Assembly: GCA_051362555.1 (NCBI GenBank)
Contig: CM120648.1
Span: 969,721 to 1,033,720, forward strand
From: Lingula anatina
Lineage: Eukaryota > Animalia > Brachiopoda
Direction: 5' to 3'
DNA: 64,000 bases
Shown here: piece after piece, positions 24,991-38,462 of the stretch
Layout of the letters: every line of letters starts with the position of its first letter
Position numbering within the stretch: position 1 is the first letter of the stretch
Position numbers and translations under genes: made by a program
Notes under the pieces: generated by a model
The model's database searches: none
Seen by the model: only the letters and a program-made list of their open reading frames with translations
What the model was told of the DNA's origin: nothing

Positions 24991-25612
24991 GTAAGTAGTA
25001 CACTTACTTCAGAGTCACTGAAAAATGTGAAACCTTCATCTGTCAAGTAGTTCTTTGGCCAGAAATGTTTGACTCTTAAGAATGTGATTCAGAAATGGGA
25101 TATTTTGAGAAAATGTTTTGGAAGGACTTCAGCTTGGAAATAATGTAATATTAAAAAAAACAAAAGAATCAAATAAAACAAAATAAAAAGAAATTTGCTA
25201 AAATGTAACTATATTTATGTGGGACGGACTAGTAATTAAAAATGCCCTTCATTGGAGTGTATTTTGTGTTATGTATCATCGTCACACATGTTGATAATTA
25301 AATTGTCCCAAATTTACAGTAAATTTATCTATATAGGCTTGGCTCTTGCTGGAAAATCTCTTTTTAGACAGAGATCTAAAAGGGCTTATAAGAATCTATT
25401 TTCAACTGTTACTGTAGATTTTGCAAAATTTGTTTCATTTGTTGTGGTCATATAATGCTATACCATTAATTTGATTGACATTTGTAAAAAGAAATTTGCA
25501 AACCCCTGTAAGCTTTAACAGTAATCTGAGAGCTAGTGTACCCCTCCACCACTCCCCCCCCCCCTCCCCCCCCCCCCCCCCCCCCCCCCCCCCCGCCCCA
25601 CTCAATTCCTCT

Positions 25613-25782
25613 CTGGGGAAGCGCTAGCCAATTTTTTCACTTAGCCAAATCACTACCTTTTTCATCACTTTTTCCTTCCTATGCTTTGAATTTGACTTAA
25701 ATCAAATCAACCCTATTTTGTTTAGGCAATTTAAGTCAGTTTTAGCATTTGGCTAAATTGGCAAGTGTTAGCGCTACCCCAG
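25613..25782. mobile_element. Small MITE with an apparent 5-bp TSD
   Basis: CTGGGGAAGCGCTA..TTAGCCAAAT and ATTTGGCTAA..TAGCGCTACCCCAG inverted ends, flanked by CCTCT on both sides. Confidence 0.6.
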
Positions 25783-26499
25783 CCTCTTCACTGTTGTGAT
25801 AATTTAGATATAAAGTGCCTTACCTCTTTGTAAGCATTATGGCTCACATCACCTTCTGCTACTGGTACAGCATGCGACCACATAATCACAGTGTCAGGCA
25901 GTATATCACTTTAACTGTAGAACATCAGACTGAGATGAAAACAGACAGTCATCTTAGAACATTTTTGGGTCTGGTAATGTAATTCTGTATGCTTGATTTA
26001 TTCATATTTCTTAGATTTAGTATGATTAGTTTGTTTGAATGGTTTGACTGTAAAGAGTCCTTGATAGAGTTAAATGTTAAGCCTATGGTACCATTTCTTA
26101 GTTTTAAATTTGTATTCCTGCTTTGCAGACTTTTATCATCTCACACTCTTCTTCCTGTCTGGTGATGGTTTTACTACAAGAAATGTTTACAATGTCAATC
26201 AAATAAATTACAACCATTTAAGATTGTGCTGAGACAATTCCAAGTTTGATTTCTTAATTAAATGTCTTTTGAAATGCGTGTTAAGTGATTAGTGAATGAT
26301 TCAACTATCATAAAGGTAAATCTGATCTTATTCGGCGTGACGTGACGTGCCTTACTAATATTAGCCAGTTTTTTTCCCATGTGAGCAAGGAGACGTCACA
26401 TTTTTTAGTCGTTATTTATGAAGAGGGAGGAGTAATCTTTCAACTTTGTAACTTTGTATTTTTCTAAAAAAAAAAATTACTCCTTTGGTACTTAGTACC

Positions 26500-27160
26500 A
26501 TCTGCTTATTTGGAACAAGTTGTCCTAGAAATGACTGGCGGATTTCCATTTGTAACTAAAGTGGATTAAGTCTTTATTTACTGTGAAAGAGAAAAGTGAG
26601 GGGTAAGTGACAGTTTTTACCTGTGGAAAAAGGGAAGTTTTTTTTTTTTTCTTTGTTACTGTACCAGCTGGGTATTGGTAGTATGTGAATCAAATTGTTA
26701 CACAAATGACTGGCAGGTTTCTATTTCTAACTTAAACAGTTGGATTAAGCCTTAACTGATTGTCAGGTGCAAAAAAGAAAAGAAAGATAAATGAATGATA
26801 GAAATTAGGAGCAAGTAGCGGTTAATTTTTACCTCTGTAAAAAGGAGCAATTTTTCCCCTGCATAGCGTGAGCCTAGCACCGCCAGTGACCGAATTTCTT
26901 CTGGGACTGAATGAAGCTAATACAGATGGATTAAGTCTGAGATGCATTGTTAAGGGAAGAAAAGTTAAAGGGTAAGAGTATATCTGTGTAAAAAGAGGTT
27001 AAGTCCCCCTCAGTCAGACTACCAGTTAAGCTTAGCACCAGTTGTCATGGAAATGACTGCCAGACTTGAAAATTTGTAGCTGTAACAGTTGAGTTCAGCT
27101 TTAAACATGGAGAAAAAGGAAAATAGTTAAAAGGGGTGAGTATATAAATATCTATCTCTC
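26500..27160. repeat. Highly diverged ~175-bp tandem repeat, ~4 units
   Basis: Recurring AAATGACTG..., GGATTAAG.., GGGT(A/G)AG.. blocks at about 26528, 26704, 26885, 27050. Confidence 0.55.
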
Positions 27161-27870
27161 TGTATTAGAGAACAGACCACAGCTGTGGTGGTTATGTACA
27201 ATGTATGAGTATAGATTTCAGCTAAGATTTAATGTGTATGCTAATTCAAAATAGTTGGAGCATCATTTTTGCTCTAAAGAAAACCTCGGAAGAAAACCTT
27301 ACTATATATATTAAATTCATTATAACCGTGACATTTTTGGAAGAAAGTAACGTATAACTTGATTTTAATTTTCTTTACCACAACGCTGAAATGGAGAACT
27401 GTTTCTTTCTACAGAATAAATATTTAAATATATACCTGATCATTAAAGGGGTAGACAGAATATTTTCAGCATAAGCAGGATACAAAGAGTCCTGGGTCAG
27501 GGCTTCCAGCAAAAGGAGACAAAAGCACCTATGAAATATAACACAAACACACTGGATTAAAACTTAGAGAAAAAGAGCATATTGTACCAGGTTGAATAAA
27601 AGGGGGAAGGGACAGACTGCCTTTAGGTGAAGTCTTTCCATCATGCAACGGGGGAGAAAAGAGTGCAGCACGTATACTATATATATTAAATATATACAGT
27701 ATATAATGAGAGCACAGGATTATAATACATGAGAGAATAACTTCCATGTTTATGGTCAGTAATAGAATTGTTGAATTGTTTATTTGTCACTGTTTACGCT
27801 CGTGACCTTGAATACATTCCATTTATTTCCTAGTTATTTGAGGAGAAAGGCTTGAAAGGGCCGCTACCTA

Positions 27871-27960
27871 ATGGGGTGTACATGTTGGGTAGACATAGCT
27901 AAAGCTCTGGAAGCGTTCAAATTACGTACTGCCGCAGTGGAAGGGGATGTGTTTTTGAGG
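27871..27960 (+). CDS. Candidate alternative first coding exon B (MGCTCWVDIAKALEAFKLRTAAVEGDVFLR) with a GC donor, splicing to 48312
   Basis: ATG-GGG-TGT start, 30 codons, then AGG|GCAAGT (GC-AG type donor) in phase 0. Locally CpG-richer than the surrounding intron. Confidence 0.4.
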
Positions 27961-30536
27961 GCAAGTTTGAGATAAAGCGGAGACGGAGACGTGTACCGAT
28001 GGTGGGATTAACGGGGAATTTAGGCGAGGTTTTATACTTTCTGCGGTTGTCTATTTCATAGGTGGAGGGGGGTGTGACAGGTCAGACAGGTAAGGTTATG
28101 GGAAATTTGAGGCTTTTTAAGAGGTTTGTTTGTATGATAGAGAGAGAGAGAGAGAGAGGATGTGTATGTGAGAGAGAGAGAGAGGATATGTGTGTATGTG
28201 TGAGAGAGAGAGAGACGAGAGAGAGCATCTTGTCGGCAGTTCTACCAGTTGTTCTTAATTTTACACTGTTGTGTTATAGACTCATCAGAGACCCCAAATG
28301 TTTTAAAATGGAAAAGTGCCACATCATAGTAAAAGGTGTGAATAGCAGATATATGGAAAACTGAACTATGGGTTGCACTTCTACCCAATACTTTGTGTTA
28401 GTGCAATCATCACAAGCCCAAACAACTTAAAAGCTGCATGCTCAGTGGATGTTCATTCCGAGGATAATAGACAAATGCCATATTTTACTTTGTGGAAAAA
28501 GGTGTTTGGTTTAAGAAGTTTTACTTTGTGGAATAAAATAAGTGAATCAGATTTAAGAAGGAAAATTATTTACCACTTATATGCTATTTAATGTAAAAAT
28601 TCAGCTGAGACTAATGCACAGATCCTAATTTTCACAAACCAAAGCGCCCTGGCATATACGTATAAAATTACACCCACTTAACTGGAGAGAAAGCTGGGAA
28701 TTAGGAATTCAGAATTTGGGAGTACATAAGTCAAGGGATTTTTAACCTTAAGCAGACTAAACAAAGCTGACAGTTTCTTCAGGAAGGCAGACTTCCCTCC
28801 TCTGTGACTGTGTCAGATGGGGGCAGGTTAGGGCAGGACTAGTGTTACACCTGTGATAAATTAAAGAATGCAAGAGGGAGACCGAGGGGGGGGGGGGGGG
28901 GGAGATATGAGGTAGTGAGAATTCATTAAAGGAGGGTAAGGACACTTGGATACTGTGAACATTTATTTTCATTGGTTGAGGTTTCTGATTAGATTAGTGT
29001 CCCAACCTCTAAGAAAAAATAGGAAAGAAAATAATAATTATCAGAAAAAAAAATAATTTTGGCAGTGCTAATTTTTAGCATTATCTTGTAAAAATGATGA
29101 ACAGTATTAACTTACATGAAAAGTCATGTCTAGGCATGAACCTTAATGAACATTGTGCACAGGTATGGCATACGAAACAAGCTGCCTTCTTGACATGTAT
29201 ATTATACTTCAGGCTTTATTTATGTAAAATGGCTTGTATGTTATATGTTTTGTCCTTTTGTTTGTGTACGTATGTGTGCCAGCATGTGCATTGTGTCCTT
29301 TTGTTTGTGTACAAGTGCATGCCAACATGTGGTTTGTGTCCTTTTGTTTATGTACGTGTGCGTGCCAGCATGTGTGTGCCACTGTGTACCTGGTACCTCA
29401 GAATCTTAAACACCGAGATTTAGCTTGCTTGTCACAACAGTTTGCAATAGATCTCGTCTGAACGTTAACCTTTTAAGACGGCCCAATACAGACAACAAAC
29501 TACCTTGTACGTTTAGTAATAGTATCCCTGCGTCTTTTATGTTTTAGCCCCGGAGAAGAGATTTAGCTAGTCTGTCTACCATGTAAGACAGTATGCTGTC
29601 CCCCCAGTGTTTTTATTGCTGGAAGATTAGGTGTTATGGTGACAGCGTAACAGTTGATGCTTGAAATTACCCAATAAACTCCGGCATTGTTGTTCTGATG
29701 ACTGATAAAGGTAGGTTTACACTGGGGGAAATCTGGATTGCTTTTGGATTGCACCAGGATTGGTCTTTTTGCGATGGTTTTCTGTTTGCTGCTTCCTATG
29801 ATGACTGATTAAGGTAGGTTTATACTGGGCAGTGGGGTGAAATCTGGATCATTCCTATGGACCTATTGCCATGGCTCTCAGTCAGGATTCTTGCTTATAA
29901 CTGATTGAGTTTCATTTACACTGGAGAAAGTCTTGCTGGCTCCTGGTTCGTATTAGGAGAATATCGTTAATAGCATCCTGGAGTAAGGTTGATGTTAATA
30001 TTAATAGAAACTTGGAAGAAGCCTCCACTTCTAGAGCTACTTATAGCACCTTTCTCGTCTAACACCAGATTTATTTGGACTGACTTCTATATTTACTATA
30101 TAAAGATTGATCTATAGGATAATTGGTCAAATTGGGTTTGGGTAAAATGATCCAAATATCAGCCATGCAATTTGTACACTCGTTCACTTGGCGTTTCAAC
30201 ACAAAATGGCTTGCAAGCATGGTTCTTGACTTATTGTTCAAGTTGCATGTAGTATGTAACTGCTGTTAAAATGCCTGGGTTCTTTTGCTATGCACACAGG
30301 CGGTAGAGAAAAAATGGGGGTGAAATTTCACACTAAGCATTATAGAATTTAATGGTACAATTAGGCTACCAGTATACTCCTGTGTCACAGTAGAACATAT
30401 CTTGATTGTTGTATTGTGATGGGTAGAAGTCACCTTGGGATGGTGAACAATTGAGCAGGTGTCACGCTTACAGGATTGAGTTGTGTACTGTGATTAGTGT
30501 TTTATTCTCGTCTGGATTTTTCTGCCTCTTTCTAAT

Positions 30537-30538
30537 AT

Positions 30539-30596
<58 letters not shown>
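30537..30596. repeat. (CT)n microsatellite
   Basis: Direct run. Confidence 0.95.
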
Positions 30597-30600
<4 letters not shown>

Positions 30601-33600
30601 TCCCACCTTCCTCCCCATCTTTAATAAAACAGTTTCTTTTCCCTTTTGGAAATTTCCCATAAGACTGATCCTATAGGACTTTTGTCAGAAATTTTTGTTA
30701 GGGTAAGCATGTCTTTCCACCATTCAGCCTAACCCCCACCCACAGTACCTATTTCAATCAAGTCACCCCCCTCCTCCCCTTCCACCCCACCCCCATACCC
30801 TTCCACCCCCCCCCCCTTCCTATTCACAGTTTGGTCCAGCAGGGGGATGCCAGTGTCATATAGTTGTGCTGTTATTTAGTTGGTATGCCCTCAGAACAAG
30901 GAGAAGTCTGTGTCGTGTGGCTGGTGTATAATATTACTGCCTGCCGAACTTAGAATCCTGTCTTCAACTTGAATTAGTCGTGCTCTGGTTACCCGAAGAA
31001 AAAGAAGAACAGGAGTAGCTCTGTTTTATGGCCTAGTACATTTTCATTGCAGCTATATCTAATGTGGATTGGCTACATTAGGAGTAAAGTTGTGTTTCTG
31101 GAATTCTTGAGATAAGACTTTTCAGACTATGTGGATGTATATTGTAATTTTTTAAGATATAAAAAAATTTTGGAAACTAAGAGAATTGAAAGTTAACTGT
31201 TTTTGTATTTTTCATCTATTTTGTTTTATTTATTTTCAGAAAGAAAGAGAATTTTTTGTCATTTTTTTAATCTATTTTTCGCCAGTACTTAATCAAGCAG
31301 GTACGGTTCAAAGGTCTGATTTGGCTCAAATTTCTTCACAATTTAACAACACAGAAATTATACCAGAGTGGAACTGGTTGAATCTGGTGAAAAGTCACGT
31401 CTTTGTTCAGGTTATAAACCATGCAGTGTAAACATCCAAAAAAACTAATCTCTTGTTCTTTACTGAGGAATTTGTTCTCTTAGAGAAATATGTGCAAAAT
31501 CTGACTAGGAAATCTTTTTAATATTCCACAAAAGGAGGGGAAAACTTTCGTCAAAACGTCTTTCAATTCAGCCATTTTACACCCTGTAAATATTTAGCCT
31601 GGAGATTTGGTGAGATTAGCCTTCTTTGGACGCCCCTTGTGCAGCTAAATTGTTCACTTGTTCCACCTAAGGGGCAGATGAAAAGAAACTTAAGGAAGGT
31701 CTGAATGTCACTGGTGTAGACTTTGTATAGGGTGATGTTGTACCCAGTTGCTAAGTTTTCACATTGATCAGGAGTTATTTAGGATAAGTAGCAGGGACAC
31801 TGTGCTCACAGTTCCCTGATGCTATAGTGGTGATATTTTTATTTTTTATTAGACATTGCAACAAAAAGAAAACAGAAAGCAGTATATGTTGAACAAAGAG
31901 TGATTTTAAATAAACAGATAATAAAGATTCTAATTGTTTAAAACATTTACTATCTTTTTACTAAGTTTTTGAAACATCAGTCCAGCACAGACCTTTTCCT
32001 ATAACTGAAGAAAAAAGGACATAAGATAATATCCAAGTGGTGTTGTCCTCTGTAAAATATAGCATGGATGTGAGCCAATACAAGTAGCAGCTTTTTAAAA
32101 TGCCTTTGTACAACTAAACTAAAGAGTAGTTATTTCTTCATACTAAAAGGGAAAATTCACCTTGACAGCCTTATAATGGCTTACCCCATGCTGCTGAAAT
32201 GAACTTGTGCTCAATTTTCAACTTTTTGATAACGATAAATCATTCGAAATGCATAATTTCCTCGTTTCTTCTCCTTTATGAATATGAATTGAAAAATACT
32301 TTAACCCGAGCAAGACTTTGCTTGTGCTACTATGGTGAACAAAGTTCAAATTCCCTGCCTTTTAAAATCATTTTATTCAAAAGTCCTCATTTTGATTTCT
32401 TAATCCTTCTGAAAAAGAGAAAAAATGTTTGAACAAAACCTCTAAATGGAAACCAGGTTCCCATTTCAACCCTGTTTACAAAAAGATTAACTGGTAAACA
32501 TCTTGCCAAAGAAAATTATTTAAAAAATAATAATGAAAAAGAATGTGTTATCATTTGCCCTGAGCATGACCTCTCCTCCATCTCCTGGTTGAACCCAGGT
32601 TCAAATTTCACACCTGTTAATAAACAGTATTTTATTGAAAAATTGCCACAGAATTTGACAATTAAAGCAGGTTCTTGCTGGGATAGCCCCAGCACCATGC
32701 TGTGTCCAGGCTAAAATTGACATAAAGAAGCAGAGTTACTTTGAATAGCAAATAGACACCTGTTGTACCAAGCCTGTTTTTATTGCTTTACGTATTGCCC
32801 ATCTCTCTCTCTCTATTTCTCTTGAAAGAAGAAGTAGAAGAACAAGGTACTTATAATGTTATGATATTGGGCAATAATTAAGTCAAATGCATCTCATTTT
32901 CTAGTTTGGAAGGATAATTTCTGTCCTATTTGTTTGCTAAATATAGCTTGGTTATAGTTGAGAAATTAGTTCAACTATAGTACAGGATATAGGTTGGTTA
33001 TAGTTACAAGAAGTTATGTCTACCTGCTGTGAACACTTCTTTCACCTGTCAGAAACACTTTGCTCCAGTGGCAAGTAGCCAGGTTTTGGTTGTAGATATT
33101 TAAGTTCTGTATATGAAAGTTTTTTGCATGTAGGGTTTTGTGTAAATGTAAGGTATTATTGTTGCGTATGTGTGTAAGGTGTATATGTTATGTTATGTGT
33201 ACATGTGTAAGTTATGTATGTAAGGCTGTACATAAATAGTTGTGCAAAGGTATGTTTGTGTGTAAATAGCTGTGTATAAGTATGTTTATAAATAGTTATA
33301 TGTGTATATTTAATGTGTATATGAGAAGTTCTGTATGTAAGGTTTGGTATATATGTATATGTGGAAGGTTTTGTGTATATGAGAGAGATCAGGAAGTCGG
33401 GTACCAGTTGTAAACTTTCTACAGATGACATATCTACAACCTGTTGATGTCAATTTGACATGCATGAACCAGTTTTTAATATCAGATGTCTGCTTATCTT
33501 TGTTAAAGTTGTGAAAGATGTTGCTCTATAGTTTTGATATTGTGCAATCCTGATTTTAATGTCAAAGGAACTTTTTTCCTTTAAAAAAGATTCAATTATA

Positions 33601-36600
33601 TTTATTCAAATTTTTCTCATAGTTGTATAAGAGTGAAGAGGTACTAGATCTTTCAGTCTGAAGTCTAAAGGTAACTTGTCGAAAGCCCTTCAGAGACATA
33701 ACAGTGAAAGGATTGAAATATGTTTTATTAGTCTTTCCTTCCAGAAAGTAAACAGCACTTTGAGCAGACTCTAGAGTTGAAAGACCTTAAGGTCAGAGGT
33801 TTACCTGCGAGAGAGCTCTTCAGAGAAACAGTTACAGGGAAAGAATTTAGACATATATCAAAGGTCTTTCTTCTGAATACTTGGTATCTTTTGCACAAAC
33901 CTAATTCATTTATGAAAAGCTGGCTGTGCTACTGTAAACTGATGGTAGGATGATGTTCAACTCTTGGAATTCTTTTATTGAACAGGGCATGAGGTTTTGC
34001 AGACGACAATCAGAGGCCTTCTTTTAAAAGACCGATTTGTAATAAAAAAAAAAAATAGGTATTTTGATTTCAAAATTGATTTAAGAAGGCTGTCATCTTG
34101 GGTGGCTTGCTTACATAACCTAACATACTAAGATTACAGGTATTGAATTTTTCAGGTTGTGATCGATAAAAAAGAGTTGGCGTGACTTTCTTTTCTAAAG
34201 TGAGGTGATCCGATAATGTCTTTTCCAGAGTGTGCAAATATTTTGTTTGTTGCTTCTTTGAAGTGAATAGAAAACGTAGAAAAGGAATGAACTGTCTTGA
34301 TTTAAAGTCGGCTGCCCTTGAACGCACACTTTTTTTGTTGTAACCGTAAGAAAAGAAGAAAAAAACTTCAGAAGCAAGATCCCTTTTCATCCAAATTGAC
34401 TGGCCCAGATATAAAATGTGCCAGTGCCTTTGTCGCTAGTCCTTTGGAGTAGCAAAAGAATCAAAATTAAAAGAAATGATCTGTCTTTATTTCAAGTTGA
34501 CTGGTCCAGAATAAACATGGGACTGTGTGTTTGGTTCTAATTGTTCAGCCGGTTACTAAATCTGTGTGTGTCAACAGATGAAAGGACCATTTACACAGCA
34601 CCATAATATGATCCGTCTCTGGCTCGCCCCTGGTGCGTAATCTATTCAGATCAGGTAATATTACATCCAGTCATTCTCATGTTTGTGTAAATGTCCCATG
34701 TCTGTATAAGATCATGGAGTCAATATATCAGTCCATTTTTATGCATATTTGAGCTGCTCTGAACCTCAGAGCGAACGAAGCTCATTCCTGTTGGACCAGT
34801 GTAAACATGGCACTAGTAAAGGTATGAGGATTGCAGCAGAGAGGGTAGAGGAGCATTTTGTTGGATGGTATATAGACACAGTGGGAGGGTGGCGAGGAAT
34901 TTCTCATTGAGCATAACTGTCTTGTTGACAATTTGAAATGTCAACATTACAAGAAGTTAGGCTTGAAGCTTTGGAAAAGTGGCGGCTTCTCTCCAGACGA
35001 CAGAATGTGTATGGGTCTCTAAAGGTAGATATACTGTTGTGTTTTGGCTTGCTTAATGTTTATGTCGAAAATTGTATATACAGTGACAGTATTTTAGAAG
35101 TTGTAATTCAGATCTGGTGGCTTGGAGGAAATTCACACAGTTCTTTTCAAAAAAGCGTCATGTCAAAGTATATCTTTGAAGGTACTTTTGTTTTGTAGAT
35201 TTGTTCAGTCTTTGGTGTCCCTATATTGGGACATGTTCCGTGAATTCTTGACTATCTGTTCTCTTGGATTTCAGAAGGTGCTCTGTTATTGAAAAGAAAA
35301 TGAACTACGTATTTATTTATTTATTTATGTATAAATAATATTTTAATAAGATGTTGAATTAAATATTCTTCTTGGGAGTGCTATGGATGGATGGATTTAC
35401 CAAAATAACCCATAAATGACCAATCATGCAGTTCCATGATAGATAAGTTACCAAAATAAGCTTTAAGTACTAGTTTTAAGTTCATTTTACTAGTACTTTA
35501 GTTAGTTAAGCTCGCCAATTGTACCTTCCCACATTTTGGGGTATAGTTACATATATGTTATGTGTTGCTGAGTTGGTCAGTTTGTGGCAATACATGAAAA
35601 AAACATATAGCACAAGCTTCATGTGCGGACCCAACACAACCTGTGCCAGAAATGACCTCAGTTTGCTAAATGTCAGAAGAAGAAGATCAAATCTACGACT
35701 TGTACAAACCTGCCTGGCTATGCCACAGCTAAAAATACTTAAATATCTGAACATGAAATATATGGCATTTTTTCTGCATTCCTGTCTTTAATTACATGAA
35801 AGACTACCTGACACGGATGAATGCAATGTGACAGCCAACCTAGACTTAAACTTATCTTTTTTTCTCATCTTAAATAACCAATGAATGTTCTAATAACACA
35901 GATGACTAAGCGGGCATCGTTCTATCACAGGTACAGTAAACTGTTTGGGGAGGCTCACAGGTGAGTTCTTGTTATGTGTAGAATTATACAAGGGGCCTTG
36001 GTTTTCAATTGTGCTGATGGACAAACTTTGGATTGTGGTTCACTTGGGTCATTTTTCTTTTATTTATTTTTTTTTTTTTTTGTTCATTCTTTTATGCCTG
36101 GTTAGAGACCAGTGGATAAATGAAAGGCCAATAGGAAAATATGGACCTCAAGAACAGTTGATATCCATAGTACTGTTTCTGGACAACTGTCAGTGTTTAG
36201 ATTGCATACACACAAACTGCCATTTGAAGCTGCTCAACTTTCAAATTATTAAGATGTAGGGGCAGTTTTATAAAAGAAGGTCCCAGATTTGGGTAGTTTA
36301 TTTGGCAAATAATAACAAAATAGATTCACAAAATGAAGTAAAATGTTTGCATTTTCTTTCAGCAGAACAGAATCTATTTAGTTTATTTAGCAAATTTGCT
36401 GTTCTAGATAGAAACTACCATTGATGGTGCCTCTTTTGCCAAGAGCACCAAATTTTCATATAGTACTATTGAGAAATATTTGAGTTTTTTTTTCTCTCAG
36501 TAGGTAGTTGTAGTCAGACTGATCTTTGTTATGGAACACAATAGTGTCCAATATTTGTGGTTAAAGCACAGAGCTGGGATATAATATGTTCGTATTTAAC

Positions 36601-38411
36601 AATTGGTTTTCCTCTATTTCTAATGACAACATCGTCTTCTTCCACAGCATTGAGTCGCATTTAAACCTGGTTTTGGTTTTATAAATTGCACAGAGCATTG
36701 TTATCCCTCCATTCAGTCTCTGCATTAAAGCACTGCGCACATAGACGTTTCCTTTTGTGTAAATTTATTTAATTGTTCTGGATCCATTTCCAACGACAAC
36801 ACGGCTCTCAATACAAAGTACACCAGTTTTGAGATGTTTTTAATTTGGAGGATGGTCAGAATCAGACTGATCAGTAGAACAAAACCAATATGGATTCTTG
36901 GTTAAAGCACCAGGGTTGTACACACAAAAGTAAAGGTACCTTTGTACGCCTGCCTTTGTCCCCGTTTCTTATTTCTTTTAATGCCCAATTGGATTCATTC
37001 ATCCAAATGGTGTACTTAACTTTTTAGTGGTTTAGGCTCTAAACTGTGCCTGGCAAACATTGGCGATTGTTCGCCTTTGTGCCATTGTGGCTTTTTGGCC
37101 ACCTGTCCCAATACAAGAAGTTCTACCTGGCGATGTTTGTTGACTCGTGCTGCGTCAGCGGCTCTCTTCACATTGGTAATGACTAACTTGGTTCTGAAAT
37201 GGTTTCATGTGGCTGTGAGGTAGAAGGATCAGTTTTTTGTGGAGAGAGAGGTCCTACTGTGCCTTAGATATATAGACTTGTATATGTACATCTGCTTGGT
37301 GGTTTAAGTTGGCTTGTGCTGCTTCAGTGGCTCTATAATCACGTTGATCAAGCTAAGCTTGGTTGTAGAACTGTGTATCCTATTGTGAACCTATTGCAAA
37401 AGCGGAGTTAAATTGTTAGTAACTTCTTGACCAGTTCAGAACTTATTAAATGAAGTTATGTGAACTTAACCCGTGCTGCAAGGAACTTCTTTTCTTTGCT
37501 TTGTTCCGCCATTTTGTGTGTCTGACAAAAAGTCAGCAATTCTATTTACCATGATCGATATCATGATTATATTTGTTTTAACTTGAGGGGAGTTAGAAGT
37601 AGCATTGTAAATTGGTAATTGCTCCAAAATGTAGTTTGTCAAATTGACAGAGTTATGTTTACATGCTTATGTCAGGCTATGTTAGATTGTGAATACTTAG
37701 CAGTGCCAAACAAAGTTTACAAAAATTTAATTTTTTTTAAATATTTCTTGAGGTTGTCATGCGTTAACCAGTCATAAAAAAAAAGTCTCCTAAATACTTA
37801 TGTATTGGTTATATAAAGAGGGATCTAAGGCCAAAGCTTGAGGAATTTGAAATTCTTTAACATGATGTCACTGCTTTTGTCTTTCTTATTTATCTATTTT
37901 CATTCTGTGAGTCATAATCCCAATGACATTAGAATTTATTTCATGTTATCTCAAGCAGAAAAATATGTGTGGATTTTACTGCATAAATTGCTTTTAGGAA
38001 GATTTTAATTGATACCCTGTAAAGGAAATGTACCTGTTAAAATGATTTGTATCCTTAGGGAAATAGCATTAAAATGGAATGATAATGATAAATCAAAAAA
38101 ATTATTTGCAGTCGTCTGATCATAATATCTCAAGTCACCTTTCTTGGTAAAGAAATATATATATTTTAGAGAGTGGCCAGTCTGATAGCAGAAATTACAG
38201 GAAGTTATGAACAAATGCATTGCTTATGGGTTTATTTTAATTGCTATTTAGAAAGTAACTGAATTCAGACTTGTGGCAGATAACTGTCTGTTTGTCAGTC
38301 ACTGCCTAATGATTTATAAGGAGTAGTCACAGTATACATTATTGCCATGTCTCTAGTCCAGGTAGGTTTACATTCTTGTCGGACTCTTTGGTTACGATTA
38401 GCTCTCCACAG

Positions 38412-38462
38412 GCTGAAGTTCTAATCTTCTCGTTGTTCCACCCACTGCCGATGTACATGGGG
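38412..38462 (+). CDS. Candidate 51-nt cassette exon (AEVLIFSLFHPLPMYMG), or a mostly-UTR exon supplying an M(YM)G start
   Basis: ctctccacag acceptor, GGG|GTAAGT donor, open in phase 0-0. Confidence 0.4.

Noticed and set aside
34807-34827. MALVK|GTATGA phase-0 mini first exon
   Set aside because: Only five codons; indistinguishable from chance without transcripts.
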